A stretch of 64,000 bases of DNA from NCBI RefSeq assembly GCF_006345805.1, contig NC_043006.1, forward strand, positions 86,862,001 to 86,926,000, read 5' to 3'. This stretch comes from Octopus sinensis. Lineage: Eukaryota. Positions within the stretch are counted from its first letter, which is position 1, and each line of letters starts with the position of its first letter. Positions 1 to 11,190 of this stretch are shown in pieces. A model generated the notes under the pieces. It was not told the origin of the DNA, did no database searches, and saw only the letters and a list, made by a program, of their open reading frames with translations. A program made the position numbers and the translations under genes.

Positions 1-564
1 ATAATAAAATACTAAATGAATTAATTTAGTAAAATATTGAATTTTGTCATTAAACTGACATTTGACCATAACTTAAGAGAAATGTCTGGGATCAATAAAC
101 TCAGGTATTGAACCAGAAACTGTAAATTGTTCCTTTTTCTTGGCATTTTCAATAAATTAGTGTGTATTCTCTGTTTCCAGCAGTGAGCATTGCCATGTAG
201 TCTATTTGTTGCTAAATGGACAAAGGCAGTGAAAAAGAAGTGAAAAAAGATTTTGCTGCCAAAATCATGGTCATCTACATCTGTCTTCCAAAATTTATTG
301 TCATTATATTCATTGTTTCACATCCATTTTCTCTACTGATGTAGGATGGCCGAGTTATCATGTTCAGCATTACCTCTTATTTGGAGTTATTCTCCTTTAA
401 TTTTTATATTCATTGCTTTCACACATTGGAATGAGAGAAACCATTAAAACAGCAAAAGATGTAACTAGATACTCAAAGAGATTTAAGCTTGAATCACTCT
501 TAATTTCTGACACATTGTCTCATTTTAATAATTGTAACAAAGGCAACAACAAGAATATACTTAC

Positions 565-678
565 AGTGTCAAAATCTGGTTCAACAGCTTTTACTCCAAT
601 CCACTGCATAAAAGTGGCAAATCCTTCATTCAGCCAAAGATCATCCCACCATTTTAAAGTAACCAAATTTCCAAACCA
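565..678 (-). CDS. Internal exon of an M1-family zinc aminopeptidase (third zinc ligand exon), WFGNLVTLKWWDDLWLNEGFATFMQWIGVKAVEPDFDT
   Basis: 114-bp open exon (38 codons, phase 0/0). Acceptor is tctttctctatcattacag|TGG and donor is ACT|gtaagt. It carries the M1 signature WFGNLVT..WW.DLWLNEGFA. Joined to the 39020-39171 exon it completes HEXXH-X18-E with exactly 18 residues of spacing. Not in the supplied ORF track. Confidence 0.96.
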
Positions 679-1434
679 CTGTAATGATAGAGAAAGACAA
701 TTTTAAAATAAAATACATATGTAAGAATAAAAAATTACTAGTTGTAGTAGTAGTGGTGGTGGTGGTGGTGGTGGTATTCATTGTCATAAATATTATCATC
801 ATCATCAACCTCAGCACACTTCATCCAGTATCATCATCACCAACTACTGATCAGGTGGAACGCATTAACAATCCATAGAGATAATCGATCATAGATTGTA
901 CAGATATTTGTGTTGCTGTTACAATCCAGCAGGGCAGTAGAGTGACTTGGCAGAATTGTTAGAGCATCCGAGAAAATGCCAGTTGTTTACAACATATTCA
1001 AATGGCTTTGCATTTCTCTGGAGTCAATAAATTGCTGCCTTAGTGTCTTAATCAGGAACAATTGAAATTCACCAGAGAAATAACCCTCACATCCTATGAA
1101 ACTGTTTTGGTAACCAGGAACAATGATGATTTATAGAGTGCCTTGAGAATTCGATGATCATACAGAGTGTGGACACTTTCAGAAGACTTTTGGTTTGAGT
1201 ATTATGGTAAACTTTGATAAATCTTTCAACTGATAGTTATCAAGAAATGGGAGGCATCATGTTACGTGTCCTACTAATGCTTATGATTTAAACAGCAGAG
1301 CATACTAGAGACGTCTTAGTAAAAGCTGAAGTTTTCTCTATGCACTTTTGATATGGTTTTATATTTAAATACAAATATCATATGCTATATCTATAAAATT
1401 TATATTATATTGCACACACACACACACATATATA

Positions 1435-1664
1435 TTTCTTTATTGCCCACAAGGGACTAAACATAGAGGGGACAAACAAGGACAGACAAAGGGATTAAGT
1501 CGATTAGATCGACCCCAGTGCGTAACTGGGACTTAATTTATCGACCCCGAAAGGATGAAAGGCAAAGACGACCTCGGTGGAATTTGAACTCAGAAAGTAA
1601 CAGCAGACGAAATACCGCTAAGCATTTCTCCCGGCGCACTAACGTTTCTGCCAGCTTGCCGCCT
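1435..1664 (-). mobile_element. tRNA-headed SINE, family B
   Basis: On the minus strand it has a B-box-like GAGTTCAAATTCC and a central GGTCGTCTTTGCCTTTCATCCTTTCGGGGTCGATAAATTAAGT domain that recurs many times in the window. The central domain resembles that of Sauria/Meta-type SINEs (from memory). Confidence 0.8.
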
Positions 1665-2532
1665 ACATTTATATATTCAGTAAACTAAGCCTGAAAGAGA
1701 TGGATTTCTGTTAAAGGACTCCAAAACTTGAAGTTGCATGGAGCCAAATCAAACGTTTGTTTTTATGTTGAATTATAATACAAACAATAGGCAGAAACAT
1801 TGAAGTTCCCACCACCTTCAATACTATTCCTGTTAAAAGATCATATTTATATGTATATATTCAATATAAATTCAATTCATTTTGGTTTGATCCAAGTGTG
1901 TGGTATTGATAAGCCACAATAATGGTGAAATATCAGTGTCTATCATTCTTGGATTCAATCCAGGGCGAATTGTCTTGCTTAGTCTATGACATTACATTCA
2001 GGTGTTCTTTAGCACTGTGCATTATATAGAGCTATCCCAGATGGTATTCCACTGCAAATTTGACATATAAACAAAACACATGCGCTGTGTATGTGTGATC
2101 AATAGTGTTTACATTACTAGAGCTGCTTTTAATTTGTAATTTACACACACACACACACATTTGTTTCATTTCTTATTATTAATTTTTCTTAATTCAAATT
2201 TCAGGAGATTGTTTTTAACCAGAGTTAGTAATTTATATATAAAAAAATATTGTTCTCATCATTATGTGAATAATTATAATAAATTTAAATGTCCTAGCTT
2301 ATATAAAGTATGCTAGCACCCACTTTACTACTAAATTTTCAATTGTAGAAAAACATCAAGGAGAAGGCAATTATCTTTATGAAGAAACCAGTCAGAGACA
2401 TATGAGGTACATCAGTGTACCTATAGAGTTCTCCTATTTTGAGGTATACTTATGCTTTCTTTACTGTAACATACTGATTGTGATTTTATGTTGTATTCAT
2501 GTAATTAGTGTACTTTAGCAAATAAACTAACA

Positions 2533-2573
<41 letters not shown>

Positions 2574-2589
2574 TACGTATATATATTTG

Positions 2590-3030
2590 TTGTGCAAGAT
2601 TTTTTATGTGAAGTCGTGTGGTGAAACAGATATTGTTATATTTTGGAATGGTCATTTTGCCAGTTTAGCCAATAAGAACACACGCACTATATATTTGGTG
2701 TTACTTTGCTTCAGTGTTATTTATTTTTTACATTAATCTTAATCTTATTTCAGCCAGAGTTCTTTCGTCACACTCCTGTGACCGCATCAGTGGTCCTTTG
2801 TTTTCTTCTTTCTTATTTGTGTCTCTCCTTACTAACCGTCAGCCATTTTGTATTTCTATTGTATGTCTTCATTTGCGCATGCTTATATCTCTATGTGCGT
2901 CTATGTTTATTTAGTGTGTGTATGTGGGGGGATGCCTGTAATATTTGTATCTTCTGTTTATATACGTTCATGTAATTTGTTTTTGTTGTTGTTTTTGTTT
3001 ATTCTTATTTTGTTCATGTGTTTATATCCA
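2590..3030 (-). mobile_element. Penelope-like pseudo-LTR / non-autonomous fragment, left arm of an inverted pair
   Basis: 2631-3030 is the reverse complement of 3285-3686 with about 6 differences. It contains a minimal hammerhead-like motif and an AATAAA downstream in the element's sense. Confidence 0.6.
2754..2793 (-). ncRNA. Minimal type-I hammerhead ribozyme-like motif (Penelope type, core variant)
   Basis: Minus strand reads CCA-CUGAUGC-G-GUCACA(GGAG)UGUGAC-GAAA-GAAC-UC-UGG. This gives a 3-bp stem I, a 6-bp stem II, GAAA, a vestigial stem III and a UC cleavage site. A9 is replaced by C. Confidence 0.6.
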
Positions 3031-3284
3031 CTTATTATTATCATTACATATGCTTGTATGTATGTATGTATGTATGTATAACAACAATACTAGTAATAAT
3101 AATAATAAATCGCAAAAAAAAATAATATAGTTATTTATTTCTATTTGTTTATTTATCTGTGTATTTATTATGTTTTCGGGATCCTCTACCATCATATGTT
3201 GTGGTGTGTGTTAATGTTCCATTCTAGTTTTCTATTCAGTCTAGGTTTATTTTCTATTATGTGTGTAGCTTCTGTAATTTGTCT

Positions 3285-3684
3285 GGATGTAAACACATGA
3301 ACAAAATAAGAATAAACAAAAACATCAACAACAAAAACAAATTACATGAACGTATATAAACAGAAGATACAAATATTACAGGCATCCCCCCACATACACA
3401 CACTAAATAAACATAGACGCACATAGAGATATAAGCATGCGCAAATGAAGACATACAATAGAAATACAAAATGGCTGATGGTTAGTAAGGAGAGACACAA
3501 ATAAGAAAGAAGAAAACAAAGGACCACTGATGCGGTCACAGGAGTGTGACGAAAGAACTCTGGCTGAAATAAGATTAAGGTTAATGTAAAAAATAAATAA
3601 CACTGAAGCAAAGTAACACCAAATATATAGTGCGTGTGTTTTTATTGGCTAAACTGGCAAAATGACCATTCCGAAATATAACAA

Positions 3685-3686
<2 letters not shown>
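3285..3686 (+). mobile_element. Penelope-like pseudo-LTR / non-autonomous fragment, right arm of the inverted pair
   Basis: Near-identical inverted copy of 2631-3030. It ends at a (TTA)n tract. Confidence 0.6.
3524..3563 (+). ncRNA. Minimal type-I hammerhead ribozyme-like motif (identical to 2754-2793)
   Basis: ccactgatgcggtcacaggagtgtgacgaaagaactctgg. Predicted cleavage is after 3560. Confidence 0.6.
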
Positions 3687-3735
<49 letters not shown>

Positions 3736-3748
3736 TATTATTATTATT

Positions 3749-4302
3749 GAGTGAGCGAGCAGAGCATGCCATCAAAGTGACACTGGGGTAAAATATACGA
3801 AGCCCAATATACCCATCATGACTACCCGTCTGATAAGGGCACACCAGGCACATGCATCACAACCATATGTGCGCGGCATGGTGATCTCATATCAAGATAA
3901 ACTGCACATGACCTTGCAGGTGGGGCCCAGTTAGAATTTTCTTCAGGTTGAGTAGCCCATCCCGCTCAAACGGTCCCTGAATAAGGGTTGTTTAAGGATG
4001 TTGAAAAACCCACCCATGTCTCCAGAGGTGAATTATTCAAACCCCAAAGAATCCCTCTCAACACATGGCTATGATGCTCCCCCACTACTTCTGCTCGTGA
4101 TCAGAGATGCACATATCGTCAGCCACTAAGGGACATGCTTAACTGGTTAAAGTCAAACAACTGACAAGCAAATCTGTGGTATTGAGCAGAATATTTGCTG
4201 TAGCCCATCTTTTATACCAAGACAGAACAATGTACATGATAACACTTCCAATCAGTTAAGATCAGAAGCCATGAGAGCCACTGCCTGGTACTGCATCAGG
4301 GC

Positions 4303-4304
<2 letters not shown>
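3749..4304. mobile_element. 556-bp unclassified interspersed element embedded in (TTA/TAA)n, copy 1
   Basis: Starts gagtgagcgagcagagcatgcc and ends ctgcatcagggcat, with (ATT)n on both sides. Homologues lie at 4355-4910, 5188-5720 and 11191-11742. Confidence 0.85.
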
Positions 4305-4354
<50 letters not shown>

Positions 4355-4908
4355 GAGTGAGCGAGCAGAGCATGCCATCAAAGTGACACTGGGGTAAAAT
4401 ATACGAAGCCCAATATACCCATCATGACTACCCGTCTGATAAGGGCACACCAGGCACATGCATCACAACCATATGTGCGCGGCATGGTGATCTCATATCA
4501 AGATAAACTGCACATGACCTTGCAGGTGGGGCCCAGTTAGAATTTTCTTCAGGTTGAGTAGCCCATCCCGCTCAAACGGTCCCTGAATAAGGGTTGTTTA
4601 AGGATGTTGAAAAACCCACCCATGTCTCCAGAGGTGAATTATTCAAACCCCAAAGAATCCCTCTCAACACATGGCTATGATGCTCCCCCACTACTTCTGC
4701 TCGTGATCAGAGATGCACATATCGTCAGCCACTAAGGGACATGCTTAACTGGTTAAAGTCAAACAACTGACAAGCAAATCTGTGGTATTGAGCAGAATAT
4801 TTGCTGTAGCCCATCTTTTATACCAAGACAGAACAATGTACATGATAACACTTCCAATCAGTTAAGATCAGAAGCCATGAGAGCCTCTGCCTGGTACTGC
4901 ATCAGGGC

Positions 4909-4910
<2 letters not shown>
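4355..4910. mobile_element. 556-bp (TAA)n-embedded element, copy 2 (direct tandem of copy 1)
   Basis: I see a single substitution versus copy 1 (gagccactg vs gagcctctg). The two copies are separated only by about 50 bp of (ATT)n. Confidence 0.85.
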
Positions 4911-4944
<34 letters not shown>

Positions 4945-4983
4945 CATTATTATTATTATTATTACCATTATTATTATTATTAC

Positions 4984-5022
<39 letters not shown>

Positions 5023-5032
5023 TATTACCATT

Positions 5033-5064
<32 letters not shown>

Positions 5065-5081
5065 CATTATTATTATTATTA
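4911..5081. repeat. Compound (ATT)n microsatellite with ACC/ATC variants
   Basis: Read directly from the sequence. It is the source of the poly-Ile ORFs 4858-5118 and 4877-5098. Confidence 0.95.
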
Positions 5082-5187
5082 AGGCAGTGAGCTGGTAGAT
5101 TATTAGCATGCTGGGCAAAATGCTTAGTGGTATTTCATCCGTCTTTACATTCTGAGTTCAAATCTTGGCGAGGTTGACTTATCATCA

Positions 5188-5720
5188 AGTGAGAGAGCAA
5201 TGCATGCCATAAAAGTGGTACTGGAGTACAAATATATGAACCCCAGTATACCCATCATGACTACCCGTCTGATAAGGGTACACTAGGCACATGCATCACA
5301 ACCATGTGTGTATGACACGATGATTTCATATCAAGCTAGACAGTGGGGCCCAGTTAGAATTATTTTCAGGTTGAGTAGGCCACCCCACCCAAAAGGTCCC
5401 TGAATAAGGTTTCTTTAAGGATGATGAACAAAACACCCATGTTTGCAGAGGTGAATTATTCAAACCTCCCCAAATACCTTTCAATACATGGCTACAATGC
5501 TCCCTCACTACTCCTGCTCATAATCAGAGATGCACATATCTTCAGCCAGCAAAGGACATGCTTACCTGGTTAAGGTCAACCATTCGATGAGCAAAACTAT
5601 GGTAGTAAGTAGAATATATTGCTGTAGCCCATCTTTTACACCAAGACAAAATATGTGCATGATTACACTTCCAATCAGTTAATATCAGAAGCCAGGTGAG
5701 CTACTTCCTGGTACTGCATG
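5188..5720. mobile_element. Diverged copy 3 of the 556-bp element, abutting a truncated SINE-B head (5082-5185)
   Basis: Colinear with copy 1 (cccatcatgactacccgtctgataaggg, gtggggcccagttagaat, cagagatgcacatatc) but with many substitutions. Confidence 0.8.
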
Positions 5721-5740
5721 ATTATTATTATCATTATTAA

Positions 5741-5970
5741 GGCAGCAATAGTGGCAACCTGGCAGAATCATTAGCATGCAGGGCGAAATGCTAAGCGGCA
5801 TTTCATCCAACTTTATGTTCTGAACTCAAATTCTGCTGAGGTCGACTTTGCCTTTCATCCTTTTGGGATTGATAAACTAAGTACCAGCTATGCACTGGGG
5901 TCAATGTAATTGACTTATTTCCCTCCTACAAAATTTCAGTTCTTGTGCCTATAGTAGAAAGGATTATCAT
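5741..5970 (+). mobile_element. SINE family B, (ATT)n-tailed subfamily
   Basis: Contains ggtcgactttgcctttcatcc and ends gtgcctatagtagaaaggattatcatt. Confidence 0.75.
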
Positions 5971-5976
5971 TATTAA

Positions 5977-6495
5977 CCCATTGCCTGCCAAGAGCCCCGT
6001 TTGGAGATCTGCTAAAAACAGTCTCACTACAGGTTGTTTGTTGTATCTAAAGTGAATTGCTTATGTACATTACCTTTGTGGAGGTGTGTTTAACAATATT
6101 TAGAAGTTAAAGTTTGTCCTTATTAGCTCTGTCTAATTCTAGAGGACATTTTATATAATAAATTGTAATTTTTGAACAAAAAAAAAATCGACTGTTTTGA
6201 AAACTTTTCTTTTGCATTTTCTATCTATATCATTCATTGATATTTCATACACATTCATATTTGATACTATAGTTTAAAAAAAAAAACAACTAAAATGTTT
6301 ATTATTGCAACTGAATAGAAAAGGATAAATGTGCTCTTTTTTCAGTAGTTGTCATTTGGGATTTTTCGAAAAATTTAAAATGATTTCCAAAATAATTCAC
6401 ATATGAAGAAAATTTAAATACTATATATTATTTTTAACTCCCAAGACTCCTGGCAAAGCCAAAATATATGAATAAAAAATTTGGCAGTTAATGGG
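5977..6495. mobile_element. piggyBac-type MITE
   Basis: TTAA at 5973-5976 and at 6496-6499. The 15-bp TIRs are CCCATTGCCTGCCAA and (rc) CCCATTAACTGCCAA, matching at 13/15. The interior is AT-rich and non-coding. Confidence 0.8.
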
Positions 6496-7209
6496 TTAAG
6501 GTAGCAAGCTGGCTGAAAATGCTCAGCAGCATTTTGTCCATCTTTATATTGTGAGTTTCATAAGTGAGATTATCTGAGCAAAAAATCAGTGTTGTGTTTA
6601 TGTTCTTAGTGAACATTTTGCCTTATAGCTCTGTGTTCTGAAAGTAGTAGATTAAAAAAATTCCTTATATGTAAAACAGGTAAGAATTGATTACAGCAAG
6701 AGCATTGTAATGTTGGAATGCTGCTTCAAATGAATAGCTGTCCAACCCATACCAGCAGAAAAAAGAAAGCTGAAAAACAAACTTATTGTGATATGGCTGA
6801 GTATTGAGTGTTTGCTTCCCATTCAACCTTAAAATATTTGTTTTGAATAAATCTTCATTCCTAATTAAGAAAGTTCCTCAAATTGGGGTTCCCATTCCAT
6901 TTATATTTATATTTTTTAATTATTTTCTAATTGCTAATTAGTTCTAGGGACTGAATTAAGAGATAGAATCAATTTTAGTAAAAGAGATGAATACAAGAAA
7001 TTTAGTTATCTTTATGTGTCAGTGACAAAGTAATTAACTGCTGCATGATGGTGGAATACTCTGAGTAGAAACTTAGCTTATAAAAAAAAATTACTCTTAT
7101 TCTAGTTGATTTACTTTCAGAATCCCAACCTACCATATGTAGAGGGATGGCTACAAATTTATATACAAGCATTTAAAAAAGATATGATGTATTGTTTATG
7201 AAGAAGTGA

Positions 7210-8040
7210 ATACTTTAACCTTTGCAGGCCCTCCCAAACTGTGAGGTATGTCAATGTTCAGTTTGAACTTCCGTAGGTAAGTGTCATTAGGGGAAAAAAA
7301 AAGATGGTACTTGGATATATTTCTAGAGAGTTATAGCTATGGAGATGAAGGATGAAACAAAAGAAAGAGAAGTAGTATGAGGTAGCTTATAGCTGTTAGT
7401 TCAAATTTTCAATGAACAGCTGTTAGTTGAAATAATGTAGAAGTAATTTAAGAGGCAGAGAGTAAATACAGTAAATTGGTCTATAAATGGTTAACGCCTG
7501 TAGGAAAGATGTGGTCGGGACAAGGCTCTGAGATGGACACAGATCTAAAGAGAAAAAGCATGATGAAATGGAGTTGTATAGCGAGTATGTTAGAATTGAG
7601 CATGAGTAGTGACAGATTACATGTTTAAAGAAGAGAAGTCATATTAGGGATAGTAAGAAAGGTAGAGAAGACATAGGGTTGTCTTTAACATGGTGATTGT
7701 TGTCTGTGGTGAGAGAATTTCTGTCGTTTATTCCAATGTTATTTCTAAAGTAGTATAAGATGTTTTTGAGTGTTAACAGCTGCATTGTTACATAGGAAAA
7801 CTTTCCTGTCTATGTGTTGCACCTAAGTTGTGGAGAACAAAAACTGATCCACTCTGAGGAGTTTTCTCATTCTAAACAGGAAATCTAGCCAGGGATGTAG
7901 TTCTAGATTTGTTACAGATATATAGCTGCCTGGACGTTTTGGTGGAGCCGGACTGGAAACTGAAGTAGAATATATCAGCAATTAAGCCATCTCAAATAAG
8001 GAGGAGTTGACTACCATACCTTGGGACAGAGTGTAACAGT
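7210..8040 (-). mobile_element. Degenerate CR1/L2-type LINE 3' fragment
   Basis: Minus-strand remnants such as LSQGMVVNSSLF (compare the RT motif GVPQGSVLSPLLF) and downstream CR1-like C-terminal residues, with many stops. Confidence 0.4.
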
Positions 8041-10357
8041 TTTGACAAGATGTGAAATAAGGACCCTGCAGTTACTACCTCTATCATTCATACACTTTTA
8101 AAATTCACATTTGTACATGTGTGTGTAACAGATTTCTAAAAATGATAGTATGCAGTTTGCTTGTTTAAAGAGCCAAAATCTTCTATATAAGCAATAGTAG
8201 CTGTAGCAAGTGGGAGTGGTGGATGTAGTTGATACATAGCATGTGAAAGTTCAGTCTATAAGAGACAACAACTGGAATTTGTAAAGTGTATGTTCCTCCC
8301 ATAAACTTTGGAATAAAAGAAACAGGAGTTGAGTAGTTCCTTTTATTTAATGTAAATCTTCATTCACAAAGAACTTACCAACACACATTTATAATATGCA
8401 CGAGAGACAATGTTAAAGTTTCAATAATATATTCTGTAGACAATAATAGAAAAGAAAATGAATGTTGAAATATGGACAATGTCTTCTGTGATCAAAAGAA
8501 AATCAATAGAATGAAATTGTGAAACAAACAGTGAATATTTTAATACTGGAATATGTAATAGCATAACAGTCTAGATTATTTAATACTGGAAGAAGGGAAT
8601 TTCAATTTTATAAATGTGTTTCATAAAGAGTTTAAATACAAAAATAAAAAGTATATTGATTTAAAAAGTATTTGTTACACAAAATATGTGGATTGAATGT
8701 TTAAGAAATGTAAACAAAATTTGTTCTCTATTTCTCGTTCTCACTTTCCGTACACACGCATATATATACAACTTTCTCAAATACATACATTTGCAACATA
8801 CAACACACATGTGTCTTATATAAGCATAAACACAAACATGAACATATGATAAGTACATGTGTATGTGTATACATAGAAACATATATACACATATGCTTTT
8901 ATGTATGTATTTATACATGCAGTTTACTTCAAATAAACTTCTGTACAATTTCTGTTTCACTTTTTCTGCAGATTTTATAAACGTAATATACTGACATTTA
9001 AAAACTATATCTTATCATATTTAGTACACTATTTCAGTTTCTATGACACCACCACCACCACCACCACCACCACTGACACTGCCACCATCACTGCCAGCAG
9101 CAGCAGTAGTAAGACTATCAAAATTTATTACCTATCTCACTATATGGATTGGACAGATTTGTCATTTTTACTCTAAAGTCCAACCTCTGAACAACATCAC
9201 TACTTTCCAGCACTGCATATATCATTCAATAGTCTTCACCAAACTGTATCACATATTCGTACCAATATAGTTGTCTCTCCTACATACATTGGTAGGTCTC
9301 TTTAATACCCAGCCACTCTCTCAAGTTACTTGTATCCTGCCTCCCAATCAAGTTAAGCATTTTACATCCAACAGATTCTGCTCACCTCATTCCACTTCAG
9401 ACTATGCAGATCTCCTCTGTTCAACATCTCAGCTTTCACTGACGTACACCATCACATGGATTATGCTCATTTCAAACAACCACACTCATCTATGAATAGA
9501 GAAATGCTTTGTTGGTCAAGAGACTGCAGTCCTTGCAGTGCTATTCAACCTCTTCTTTATTAGACCTTTGCAACAACCACCTCCAGCCAGCAGCATTAAT
9601 TAGATAACCTTGGTAACAGAAGTTATCAACTATGTTTTATAAATTACTGGACTTCATTCCATAGTTCATGAACTTCATACCACAGGTGTTCCCATGTCTA
9701 ATTACAGCTGTGTATCTATCATATTAAATATGGTCCTGTTACATGAGTTTCCTAAAGCAATTTTATAACAAAGATTATTCTGTAATGGTTCTCAAACATA
9801 GCAGTCATCAGTTCCAACATAACAACTGAAATACACATGCACACACACTTCTATATATAAAGAGATACATATATGTATCTCTCCTCTTCTTTCTCTTACA
9901 TATATGTATCTCTCTTCTTTCTTTCTCACATATATGTATCTCTCCTCTTTCTTTTCTCTCTCTCTTTCTCTGCATACATACACACATTTATGTGTGTGTG
10001 TGCGTGTGTGGTGGGGGGTTAGTGCTCATATACAAATATCAATAGACTACAAAACTTTCATGAAAGATATTTAATTTTTATAACCAAATAATTATTGAAA
10101 AAAAAAAAGAACTAATAAAAATAGTTTCTAATATTTACACAAGGCAGGTAATATTGAGAAGAGTGGATTAGTTGTATAAATAAACTCTAGTATTTGACAG
10201 GTACCATATTTAATCAACCTTGAAAGTATGAAAAGTTGTTACCTCAGGTGAGATTTGAATTATGATCAAAATGACCAGGAGCAAATGCCATGAAACATTT
10301 TGTCTGATACTCTAGTGATTTTGCCAACCAGCACCCTAATAATGATGATGATGATGA

Positions 10358-10790
10358 TTTCAAATTTTGGCACAAAGCCAGCAATTTTGAAGGAGGGGGA
10401 TAAGTCGATTACATTGACTCCAGTACTCAACTAGTACTTATTTTATCGATCCCAAAAAGATGAAGGGCTAAGTCGACCTTGGCAGAAGTTAAACTCAGAA
10501 TGTAAAGAAAGACAAAATACTGCAAAGCAATTTGCCTGGCATACTATCGATTCTACCTGCACATCACTTTAATAATAATCCTTTCTACTATAGGTACAAG
10601 GCCTGAAATTTGGCAGAGGGGTAGTTGATTACATCAACCCCAGTACTCAACTGGTACTTACTTTATCAACCCCAAAAGGATGAAAGGTAAAGTCGACTTT
10701 GGTGGAATTTGAATTTAGCATGTATAGATGGATGAAATACCACTAAGCACCTTGCCCAGCATGCTAATGGTTCTGCCAGCTCACCTCCTT
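10358..10790 (-). mobile_element. Two tandem SINE-B copies separated by (AAT)n
   Basis: 10358-10570 and 10580-10790 each contain the reverse complement of the gtcgactttgcctttcatcc domain. Confidence 0.75.
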
Positions 10791-10802
10791 CTTAATAATA
10801 AT

Positions 10803-11178
10803 AAGAGCACTCAGAGAGCACAAACCTTCACCAAGGCAACACCAACGTCCTCTCGACGATTAGCCAGAAATGATTTTTAAAATGAGAATACCTGAAATAA
10901 ACTTGACTGTTCTCACAAACGAGAATTCTAAAATCGAACTTGGCTGCTCTCAAAAATTAAGTAAAAAAAATGGAAAAATAATCCAGAATCCTTGTCCTGC
11001 ATCATATCAATCTCCAAATCTAATCAGTTTGTGCCAGTCAGAAAGTCAAGCATCCTTGAAAGTTTCATCCGAATCCATCCAATGGTTGTTGAGATATCTT
11101 GTGCATGAGCAAACAAACAAACAAAAAAAAAACATACAACTGAAAACAATACCTCTGCCTTTGCTAAGGCGGAGGTAA
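10803..11178 (-). mobile_element. DINE-1/HINE-like non-autonomous Helentron-associated element
   Basis: On the minus strand: a 5' TTACCTCCGCC subTIR with a local hairpin (CCTCCGCCTTAGCAAAGGCAGAGG), a (TTTG)n microsatellite, a 3' subTIR CCTTGGTGAAGG and a terminal stem-loop GCTCTCTGAGTGC. A homologue lies at 51555-51826. Confidence 0.7.
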
Positions 11179-11190
11179 TAATAATAATAA

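Noticed and set aside
4245-4304. U2 snRNA-like words at one end of the 556-bp element (ATCAGTTAA(G/T)ATC, CCTGGTACTGCA)
   Set aside because: The matches are short, the U2 stem IIa pairing is not preserved, and there is no branch-point recognition or Sm site. This is not a U2 gene, and chance cannot be excluded.
4240-4304. Possible HDV-like ribozyme or hammerhead in the 556-bp element
   Set aside because: I could not build a consistent P1/P1.1/P2/P3 pseudoknot by hand, and the internal CTGAAGA lacks a stem II-GAAA partner.
7228-7282. AG...GTAAGT pseudo-exon on the plus strand
   Set aside because: It lies in the antisense of a CR1-like 3' end, and there are no partner exons.
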